This document shows, piece by piece, positions 18,404 to 26,200 of a stretch of DNA of 64,000 nt. The stretch lies in the IMG/VR virus record IMGVR_UViG_3300029288_000079, positions 1-64,000 of that record; one strand, given 5' to 3'. The stretch's first letter is position 1, and every line of letters starts with the position of its first letter. The position numbers were made by a program, and so were the translations under genes. The notes beneath the pieces were generated by a model. The model was given only the letters and a program-made list of their open reading frames with translations. It had not been told where the DNA came from and did no database searches. The DNA comes from a virus. Taxonomy: Duplodnaviria; Caudoviricetes.

Positions 18404-19210
18404 TTAATTAGGTATAGTATAATAAAAACTTTTATCAATATCAACTAATATCTCATTTACACTCTTATTTTTTAACGTCTCATCCGGATCCTTCCAAGGC
18501 TGCTCAGGCATACACCCAACTTTAAATCCTATATCTACAGCCATGGGGTACGACTTTATCAAAGCCTTACCTCCAGCCTCATCATCATCAAACCATAAAA
18601 CAATATTATTGCATACACGCTTAAGTATATGTAATTGCTGTAAAGTCAATGCCGTTCCACATGGGGCTACAACATTCTTTATACCAGACTGCCATAGGGA
18701 CATGACATCAATATTACCCTCAACTATAATACAGTACCCCTTATCTATAATAGATTCTAAAGCTTGTGAAAATCCGAATAATGATAACGATTTCCTAAAT
18801 ATTTGACTGTTACGGGTATTTACATATTTTGCATCCTCAGGATCTGCATCAGGCATCTTTCTACCGCTAAATGATACAATATTACCGGATACATTACATA
18901 TGGGAAATATTATACGATCATTCATAATACTGCATAATTTTGAGTCATGAATAAATATAACACCTAATTTCAATAAATCTTCTTTAACAGTTATATCTAA
19001 TAGTCTGATAAAGCTATCTATATCCATAGGTAAATAACCTATTCCAAAAGATTTTATACACTCTTGCTGTAGATTTCTTTGAGTTACATAACCTAGAGAT
19101 CTATCATAACTATACAAAGCTTCCATGGAAAGTTCGGAAAACTTTCTCATAGCTTTATAAAATTCTTCAGCTCTTTTGAGTATCGGTGCTGTTAAGTTGA
19201 CGTTGTTCAT
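18404..19210 (-). CDS. dnaG: DnaG-type primase catalytic (TOPRIM) core lacking the zinc-binding domain
   Basis: FGIGY, DRIIFPI, FSGR, KYVNT, IVEGNIDV, FDDDEAG, KDPDE. Confidence 0.9.
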   Translation of the reverse strand: MNNVNLTAPILKRAEEFYKAMRKFSELSMEALYSYDRSLGYVTQRNLQQECIKSFGIGYLPMDIDSFIRLLDITVKEDLLKLGVIFIHDSKLCSIMNDRIIFPICNVSGNIVSFSGRKMPDADPEDAKYVNTRNSQIFRKSLSLFGFSQALESIIDKGYCIIVEGNIDVMSLWQSGIKNVVAPCGTALTLQQLHILKRVCNNIVLWFDDDEAGGKALIKSYPMAVDIGFKVGCMPEQPWKDPDETLKNKSVNEILVDIDKSFYYTIPN

Positions 19211-19604
19211 TTAATATTCTTATTACCTTTTCTCCAACTGAATCTTTTCTTTTAGAATCTCTATCAATGCACTCTTGCAAAGGAGTGTTAATCCATATGG
19301 TTTCTATTTCAATATCTGATGAGATAGACTTAATAAATATAAACCACCAATCCACAGTGCTATTTTTTATATTGGTATCATCTATAACCACAGAGCAATC
19401 ATGCTTCAATAATTCTTTAACAATACTCTGCTCAATATGTTTTATGAAACTTTCATTTATCTCTGAATATACATTAAAATCCAACATCTTCCTTAGATCA
19501 TCTCTATTGATTCTTTTTGTCGCAATACTATTTACTACAAGTTCTCTAGCCTTTGTTGTTTTTCCAGATGCAGGAAGACCTCTAAGAATAATAACTTTAG
19601 GCAT
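19167..19604 (-). CDS. polynucleotide kinase-like P-loop kinase (AAA_33)
   Basis: RGLPASGKTT, INRDDLR, VIDDTN, ECIDRD. Confidence 0.85.
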   Translation of the reverse strand: MPKVIILRGLPASGKTTKARELVVNSIATKRINRDDLRKMLDFNVYSEINESFIKHIEQSIVKELLKHDCSVVIDDTNIKNSTVDWWFIFIKSISSDIEIETIWINTPLQECIDRDSKRKDSVGEKVIRILNEQRQLNSTDTQKS

Positions 19605-20031
19605 TTATTTCCTCCTTTATCTCCATTAATACAATCCCAGCCTTCATTGCATAATTATCAATTCTATCTATTCTATATGGATTTTGATAACATACAATTT
19701 TAACACCCGCACTAACCAATAATTTGAAACAAGTTAGACAAGGACTATGCGTAATATAGGCAATAGACCTATCAAGCACAACACCATTCTTTGCAGCTTG
19801 AGCCACTGCATTAGCTTCAGCATGTACTGTCCTAACGCAATGATTCAACTCATCAATGTCATGTCCCACATCATCACAATGTTCTGTATCCTTAAGACTA
19901 CCATTATATCCCGTAGATAATATGACTTTATCTCTGACAATTATACACCCAACATGAAGTCTTGAACAAGTACTTCTAGTAGCAATTTGTTTAGCTAAGT
20001 TCATAAAGTAACTATCCCAAGATTCACGCAT
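19597..20031 (-). CDS. dCMP deaminase
   Basis: RSTC, TGYNG, HAEANA, SPCLTC. Confidence 0.93.
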   Translation of the reverse strand: MRESWDSYFMNLAKQIATRSTCSRLHVGCIIVRDKVILSTGYNGSLKDTEHCDDVGHDIDELNHCVRTVHAEANAVAQAAKNGVVLDRSIAYITHSPCLTCFKLLVSAGVKIVCYQNPYRIDRIDNYAMKAGIVLMEIKEEINA

Positions 20032-20155
20032 TTGTTATCCCTTTATTTTACGATTTTTAATAATATCCATTATAATTACAATAACAAATATTATAATATA
20101 ACCTATACAAAATCTAAGCATAAACTGTGAGAATGTAAGAATACATAACATATTA

Positions 20156-21061
20156 TCACCTATATTTAAAAAATTGTTCAGGTCTAATTTTTTTCATTTC
20201 ATACAGATCGAATAATGTGTTTACTGTAGTAGGATTCTCACCATCAGCCATAGATAATCTAATAACAGGTATATCTACGCACTTAGTTAATGATATTACA
20301 GTCTTATTAATTATTAACTGTTCACGATGATCCTGTAAGACTTGCTTTATCTTTTCAGTTGCAATAATACTAAATATGTCATTAAACCAATCCTTTATGG
20401 CTCCATTCTCTTGCAATAATTTTGCAGCTGTCTTCTCACCTATGGATGGTATACCCTCAATACCATCAGAAGTATCCCCTACCAATGTTAAATAATCAGC
20501 CAACAATTCAGGTCCAACACCAAAATCCTCTGTAACTTTACTAATATTATGCACAGTATCTCCACCTGTCGTGGGAGCTATTACTTGAACATCCTTTGTA
20601 ATAAGCTGTCGTAGATCCTTATCTCCCGTAACTATAAAGGCTTTACGATCAGGGTGTAATAAAGCTGTCGTATATATAAAATGAGCTATAACATCATCCG
20701 ACTCATACCCTGTAGAGGTATATTGAGAGAACTGTATCGAGCTCAATGCAGACTTTATATCCTGTTCCTGAACCCTCAACTCCATAGGCATCGACTTCCT
20801 ATCATGCTTATACGTAGGTAAGATCTCCAATCTTTTAAGATCTGTCCTATGACTTCCCCAACATATAATATTGTTTTCAGCCCCATATCGATCTAAATAT
20901 TTAGCTAGATATGAAAAGAATCCATAAAAGGCACCACTCAGCTTACCTGTAGATGTTTTTAAAGAATTACCTGGCCTATTGAATGCAAAGTAAGATCTGT
21001 ACAATAAGTACTCACCATCTATCAATAATAACTCTGGCTTTTGTTGAAATTTAATTATCAT
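20156..21061 (-). CDS. 5'-3' exonuclease / flap endonuclease (PolA N-terminal type)
   Basis: LIDG, YKHDR, ESDDVI, TGDKDL, LVGDTSDGIEGIPSIGEKTA. Confidence 0.93.
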   Translation of the reverse strand: MIIKFQQKPELLLIDGEYLLYRSYFAFNRPGNSLKTSTGKLSGAFYGFFSYLAKYLDRYGAENNIICWGSHRTDLKRLEILPTYKHDRKSMPMELRVQEQDIKSALSSIQFSQYTSTGYESDDVIAHFIYTTALLHPDRKAFIVTGDKDLRQLITKDVQVIAPTTGGDTVHNISKVTEDFGVGPELLADYLTLVGDTSDGIEGIPSIGEKTAAKLLQENGAIKDWFNDIFSIIATEKIKQVLQDHREQLIINKTVISLTKCVDIPVIRLSMADGENPTTVNTLFDLYEMKKIRPEQFFKYR

Positions 21062-21185
21062 TTATTACCCAATCTTTATTTTCAAGTTTATCTCCAACTA
21101 CTTATCAAATGTATTACATACCATAGGCTCTCCTGAACCTGGATTACTTATAACAAATTGGCTCTCTTTTACAATAACTTCCATC

Positions 21186-21410
21186 TTATTTTATCCTTTT
21201 TAATCTAGACGAAGGGCATAATATTTGCCACCACATGCAAATAGAAGATATACAACCTAAACTTTGAAAAAACCAATATACCCCATACTTTGAAAGACCT
21301 ATGCAAATGATAGATAAAAATGCAGAGAGTAATATATATTGAATCTCATTTTTGTTCCAAAGTCCATTTGAAACCCATTCAATTGTACAAAATCCTAAAT
21401 ATAACTTCAT
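21186..21410 (-). CDS. small membrane protein
   Basis: Two hydrophobic segments. Confidence 0.55.
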   Translation of the reverse strand: MKLYLGFCTIEWVSNGLWNKNEIQYILLSAFLSIICIGLSKYGVYWFFQSLGCISSICMWWQILCPSSRLKRIK

Positions 21411-22195
21411 ATATTCTGTCCTGGAAATGAATAAAAATGTTTTGTCAAAATATCTTGAGTTAATCTATCTATGGCCTCTAGATTAGGCTTGTCCGGTAAT
21501 TGAGAGCAAGTATATGCTAACTCCATGTCTTTAAATAACTGCATAGCCTCCTTCTTTACCTTATCTATGCTCCACTGACCAGTTTTTATCTGTATTAATT
21601 CAGATCTATCTTGTCTTTCAACCTCTAATTCACCTGTCTTCAAAAATTCTATACCCTGCCGTAATAATCTAATCATATGGGAAGAATTTTTACAATCAAA
21701 ACCAAATTTATTTATCAATGCTTTACGTTTTTCACCAAGATATCCTTCACATGCCATATGCTCCATCTTTTGAAGTTGACCGTAAGAATATCCACAGAAT
21801 GATTTATACAAACCTCTGTGAACAAATAAATGTCTGTTTTCCACAAGCATTTTGAACTGCCATGATGTTTTTAAAATATGCTTTTCCGGAGTCCAAAGGG
21901 CCTGCATTACATTTGGATTGGCTTTGGATAATAGCCTAATAAACTTTTTAAAATCATATACTAATACATCCCAGTAATCTTGCTTAACCTCAAACTGTTC
22001 AAATTGTTTTAATCCAAAAAAATACTCTTCTGTAGGTATTGCAATTCCTAAAATATCTTTATCATCTATTGAACTTGGCTCATGATTAGGAATAAATGTA
22101 CCATGAGCTATACTACCTCTATAACACAAAAGTATAGACTGATTCCACATATTAAATTGCGGAGCATTATTCAGTATTTTGTTTAATAATCTCAT
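21407..22195 (-). CDS. Pol-beta superfamily nucleotidyltransferase (RlaP/YcgL-like)
   Basis: RGSIAHG, DDKDILG, NPNVMQALW, HMIRLL. Confidence 0.85.
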   Translation of the reverse strand: MRLLNKILNNAPQFNMWNQSILLCYRGSIAHGTFIPNHEPSSIDDKDILGIAIPTEEYFFGLKQFEQFEVKQDYWDVLVYDFKKFIRLLSKANPNVMQALWTPEKHILKTSWQFKMLVENRHLFVHRGLYKSFCGYSYGQLQKMEHMACEGYLGEKRKALINKFGFDCKNSSHMIRLLRQGIEFLKTGELEVERQDRSELIQIKTGQWSIDKVKKEAMQLFKDMELAYTCSQLPDKPNLEAIDRLTQDILTKHFYSFPGQNI

Positions 22196-22207
22196 TTATA
22201 ATTACAG

Positions 22208-22281
22208 TAGCGGGGGTGTGACTTGAACACACGATCTTTTGGTTATGAGCCAAACGAGATGACCATCTTCTCTACCCCGCC
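22208..22281 (-). tRNA. tRNA-Met(CAT), initiator-like
   Basis: Cloverleaf GGCGGGG/CCCCGCT; D-stem with A11-U24; anticodon arm TTTGG-CTCATAA-CCAAA; T-loop TTCAAGT; CCA not encoded. Confidence 0.93.
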
Positions 22282-22287
22282 AAACTT

Positions 22288-22521
22288 TTAGTTAGCTTTT
22301 GTAAGATCTAAATAATATTCCTTTCCAACTTCAAACACATCTTCCTTATATTGCCCGATTTCAAGACTGCCTACGGGAGTACATTCAAAGAATTTCTTAT
22401 TTTCTTCACTGCCATCCATAACTGGCGACATTTTTGCCACATATATGAAAACATCTTTATTATTCCATGCTATTCTTTTAATAACTTCAATACATTTATA
22501 TTTTGCACGTACCATAACCAT
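22288..22521 (-). CDS. hypothetical phage protein
   Basis: VRAKYKC, EENKKFF-TPVG, GKEYYLD; AAGGAG RBS. Confidence 0.7.
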   Translation of the reverse strand: MVMVRAKYKCIEVIKRIAWNNKDVFIYVAKMSPVMDGSEENKKFFECTPVGSLEIGQYKEDVFEVGKEYYLDLTKAN

Positions 22522-22548
22522 CTCCTTATACTTTAATAAATTTATAAT

Positions 22549-24234
22549 TTAGCCTTGCTGTGATGCCATCATTTTCTCAAATTCAGCTTTCTCCTCAGGA
22601 GACTCAACAACTACACCCTCGGTAGTTAAAAATAGCCCGGCAACACTTGCAGCATTTTCTAAGGCACACCTTACAACTTTGGTTGGATCTATAACACCTG
22701 TAGCCATTAAATCCTCAAATTTGTCTGTCAAGGCATTATAACCATAACTATCAGGATAATGTAGGTTTCCACCTATTAAAATATTAGGTATTTCTCCACT
22801 GTCCTTTATATAATCAGGATTGTAAATTTTATCTAAAATTACCTCTCCATTTTTACCTGCATTTTGAACAATAGTAAATAATGGTGTTTCCAGGGATTTG
22901 TATATTATCGCACGACCTGTTTCAAAATCCTTAGAATTGGATTTATTCTCCACTAAAAGAACGTCTCTGCTACGAATATAAGCAGTTCCACCACCCGGAA
23001 CTATACCCTCTTCAACTGCGGCTCGAGTAGCATGTAATGCATCCTCAACACGAGCCTTCTTTTCATTTATCTCAGCCTCAGATGCTGCACCCACACGTAA
23101 TATGGCCACCCCACCCGATAATTTAGCCAGACGTTCCTCAAGCTTCTGTTTATCGAACTCAGATGGTCCCATATCGATCATATTACGTATCTGCTGGATT
23201 CTTTCTTGCAAGGCTTCCTGAGACCCCTTACCACCAATTAAAGTAGTGCTATCACGAGTAACAGTAACTTTGTCAACTGACCCGAGATCATTAAGAGTTG
23301 CATTTTTAAGAGATGGACCAAATTCATCATTTAACACCTTGCCACCTGTTAATATAGCGATATCCTTCAAAATATCCTTTCTTCGATCACCAAACCCAGG
23401 TGCTTTAATAGCACAGACAGGAATCTGTGCTTTAACACGATTTACAACCAATGTTTTCAGAGCATCACCTTCAACATCTTCTGCAATAATAAGCATTGGT
23501 AGATTTTTTTGCAATGCTGAGTTTAATAATCCTACTAAATCCGCTGGATTAATCAATCTACCCTCGTATATCAGTACCCCACACTTCTCATAAACTGTAT
23601 CGAATGTAGCCATGCGATTGATAAAATATGGTGATAGATATCCACGATCTAATACCATACCTTCCACATAATCAATATAAGTTTTAAAAGTCTCAGAGGT
23701 CTCAATAGTAATGACACCATCGTTACCAACCTTCTCCATCGCATCAGCAATAAGATTACCTATCTCAGAATCATTATTAGAAGATATTGTCCCAACCTGA
23801 ATTACCTCCTCTTTAGTTGAAACTTTCCTTGATAATTTCTTCAATCTATTTACAACCTCTAATACAGCTGAATCTATCCCACGTTTTATCTCAACAGGAC
23901 TAGAACCTGCTGTAACACTCTTTATCCCCTCTGCAATAATTGCTTGAGCTAATACAGTAGCTGTAGTTGTTCCGTCTCCAGCTGTCTCTGCTGTCTTGGA
24001 TGCAACTTGCTTAATCAATTGAGCCCCCATATTTTCAACTACATCTTTTAAGAAAATCTCTTTTGCTACAGTCACACCATCTTTCGTAATCATGGGTCCA
24101 CCATACTTCTTATCTAAAATAACATTTCTACCCTTTGGACCCAATGTTACCTTCACCATCTTTGCTAATGCATCTACACCCTTCTTAAGTCTTTCTCTAG
24201 CTTCCTCATTATACAGCAAAATTCGTGATTCCAT
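22549..24234 (-). CDS. groEL: chaperonin GroEL
   Basis: VTLGPKGRNV, AGDGTTTAT, APGFGDRRK, VIDPTKVVR. Confidence 0.97.
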   Translation of the reverse strand: MESRILLYNEEARERLKKGVDALAKMVKVTLGPKGRNVILDKKYGGPMITKDGVTVAKEIFLKDVVENMGAQLIKQVASKTAETAGDGTTTATVLAQAIIAEGIKSVTAGSSPVEIKRGIDSAVLEVVNRLKKLSRKVSTKEEVIQVGTISSNNDSEIGNLIADAMEKVGNDGVITIETSETFKTYIDYVEGMVLDRGYLSPYFINRMATFDTVYEKCGVLIYEGRLINPADLVGLLNSALQKNLPMLIIAEDVEGDALKTLVVNRVKAQIPVCAIKAPGFGDRRKDILKDIAILTGGKVLNDEFGPSLKNATLNDLGSVDKVTVTRDSTTLIGGKGSQEALQERIQQIRNMIDMGPSEFDKQKLEERLAKLSGGVAILRVGAASEAEINEKKARVEDALHATRAAVEEGIVPGGGTAYIRSRDVLLVENKSNSKDFETGRAIIYKSLETPLFTIVQNAGKNGEVILDKIYNPDYIKDSGEIPNILIGGNLHYPDSYGYNALTDKFEDLMATGVIDPTKVVRCALENAASVAGLFLTTEGVVVESPEEKAEFEKMMASQQG

Positions 24235-24273
24235 GCTTCCTCCAATTATTATATTATTTTTTACTGTGTTTGT

Positions 24274-24462
24274 TTATTTTTTTCTTTCTTTCATAAATAT
24301 ACGAGCAGATTCATATTCTTCTTCAGTAATCTGTAATGAATAAATTATATTTGTTGTCCTGCCTAATGTTCTTTCGATAAGAAGAAATTTATTAATAAAA
24401 CCCTCATACCAAATTGTAGAAAAATTACCATCTCTTTGAACTGTAAGAATATAATATTCCAT
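24274..24462 (-). CDS. hypothetical protein
   Basis: 62-aa ORF. Confidence 0.5.
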   Translation of the reverse strand: MEYYILTVQRDGNFSTIWYEGFINKFLLIERTLGRTTNIIYSLQITEEEYESARIFMKERKK

Positions 24463-24468
24463 TTATTT

Positions 24469-24651
24469 CTATTTCCTTATATTATGCTTTTTATAATAAT
24501 TCTCTTTCACTCTCTTACATAAATTTTCAATCTCCTCACATCTTTTTTTACTATTACCGATCAAGCAATGTATACCTACGTCATAATTAGAACCCATAAC
24601 ATCCAACAATGCACTTTCAAGTTCTTCGATATAATCACTTTGATCACCCAT
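24469..24651 (-). CDS. hypothetical protein
   Basis: 60-aa ORF with GAGGA RBS. Confidence 0.55.
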   Translation of the reverse strand: MGDQSDYIEELESALLDVMGSNYDVGIHCLIGNSKKRCEEIENLCKRVKENYYKKHNIRK

Positions 24652-24658
24652 GACTTCC

Positions 24659-25216
24659 TCACATGTTTATTCCAATAAACTTACAAAACTTTTCAAACAT
24701 ATTCTTGTCTACAAAAAAAGCGAATCCATTATCCAACTCTAGCCATCCTAGGTTTCTCCGAGCATACCCATCACTCTCCACATTTTTCTTATCAAAGTAT
24801 TCTTTTAAACCACAATGTTCTTTAAGATCAATTTTTTTATCCATTCTATAAAGCTGACTGATTCTCCTTCTGACCTCTTCTTCGTAAGGAATAGGACATA
24901 CATAATATACTATCTTATCCTTATTAAAAATAATTTTAAATGCCACTAAGTTATTCTTACTACTCTGCTCTGCCAAAAATGACAATGCATTTGGTACTGC
25001 TCCCCATTCAAACTCAGCAGACCCCATATAATCAAATGACCAAATACTTCGAAGAAGATTCATATCATCCTTAGAGAGACCCCCATTTATAAGACCTCCA
25101 CCAAATGAAAATGGATTGTCTTTAGAAATACCTATGCCTGAAGAAGGCTTTTGAAGCCTTTGAATTAAATGTGATCTTTTAAGCTCTTTTTGCAGTGAAA
25201 GTGGACTATCAAACAT
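24659..25216 (-). CDS. hypothetical phage protein
   Basis: 185 aa; FDYMGSAEFEWGA motif. Confidence 0.7.
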   Translation of the reverse strand: MFDSPLSLQKELKRSHLIQRLQKPSSGIGISKDNPFSFGGGLINGGLSKDDMNLLRSIWSFDYMGSAEFEWGAVPNALSFLAEQSSKNNLVAFKIIFNKDKIVYYVCPIPYEEEVRRRISQLYRMDKKIDLKEHCGLKEYFDKKNVESDGYARRNLGWLELDNGFAFFVDKNMFEKFCKFIGINM

Positions 25217-25596
25217 TATTTTTCCCTTTCTATTAATTGTAACTCTTTCTTAAACCTTTCTATTTCGAGAAGTATGCTACGTTTATATAATTTTACACAA
25301 TGAGCAATTAGCTTATCAACATCCTTTTCAATCTTAATGTCAAAAATATTATTTAAAGAGTCATTAGCCCATGGTTGTAATTTTACAATCCAATTTTTAG
25401 TAGTATTTTTACCCGAATTATACTTACATATTCTACCATTGAATTCATATCTAAAGGAATCTAATCCCTTACTTATATAAAAAGGAAAACTAAGATAATC
25501 ATCAAATACTACCTCTTGATGATCTCCATTATCAGGATAATTCTTAATATTTCTTAGTCTATATTTTATAGGCATACTTATACTCCTACCCTTCAA
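25216..25596 (-). CDS. hypothetical protein
   Basis: ORF coupled (TAATG) to the next gene. Confidence 0.6.
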   Translation of the reverse strand: MKGRSISMPIKYRLRNIKNYPDNGDHQEVVFDDYLSFPFYISKGLDSFRYEFNGRICKYNSGKNTTKNWIVKLQPWANDSLNNIFDIKIEKDVDKLIAHCVKLYKRSILLEIERFKKELQLIEREK

Positions 25597-25620
25597 TTTT
25601 CTTTATAAAAAAATAAAATA

Positions 25621-25875
25621 TCACTTTTTAGCCTTTATCTGTTTTTTATGTGCTTTTTTATTCTCTTTAGTTAGAAAATTCAATATACTTTTCTGACCCT
25701 CATTATAGCCTATAATACGTGCAGCATCCCAAGATAGTTTAGCTATCTTTTTACAAAATGATTCAATAATAGTAGTATCACCTATAACTACATCTGTTTT
25801 CCACCATTGTTCAAATGTCATTACTAGCTCCTTAATTGTTGAAATAAATATAATAAGATATTTTAATAAAGTCAA
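25621..25875 (-). CDS. hypothetical protein
   Basis: Probable start at MTFEQWW. Confidence 0.5.
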   Translation of the reverse strand: MTLLKYLIIFISTIKELVMTFEQWWKTDVVIGDTTIIESFCKKIAKLSWDAARIIGYNEGQKSILNFLTKENKKAHKKQIKAKK

Positions 25876-25876
25876 T

Positions 25877-26200
25877 CTATAATTTATCTGCCATCTCAGC
25901 TAGTATATCCCCGTGACATGAGTGGGGGCTGCAAAAACACCCTAGTCTTTTATCTTTAAGACTCCTTAAATTTTCTAAGATCCAAATCCTCCTCTCCGGT
26001 TCTATATCTTGCCACTTATTGCCCTCTAACCACTGTCTAAAACAATTTATACTCTCCGCTCTGCTCTCTACAAAAACACTAGCTAATTTTGACTCTACTA
26101 TATGAGTAAAAGGATTACCATAGTGAAATTTGTTAGAATAGGATCTTCCAATATAAACATCATAATCACTGTATTTTTTATTTACTACAATTGTTGGCAT
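25877..26200 (-). CDS. DUF4326-family protein
   Basis: DVYIGR, GNPF, LGCFCSPHSCHGDIL. Confidence 0.85.
   Translation of the reverse strand: MPTIVVNKKYSDYDVYIGRSYSNKFHYGNPFTHIVESKLASVFVESRAESINCFRQWLEGNKWQDIEPERRIWILENLRSLKDKRLGCFCSPHSCHGDILAEMADKL

Noticed and set aside
21063-21184. Small frame with an internal TAG (MEVIV...FDK*LEINLKIKIG), suggesting stop-codon recoding
   Set aside because: Single case. All long conserved genes are intact under code 11, several end at TAG or TGA at sensible positions, and no suppressor tRNA is seen
22288-22521. GroES candidate next to groEL
   Set aside because: No PLxDRV or mobile-loop GGI motifs
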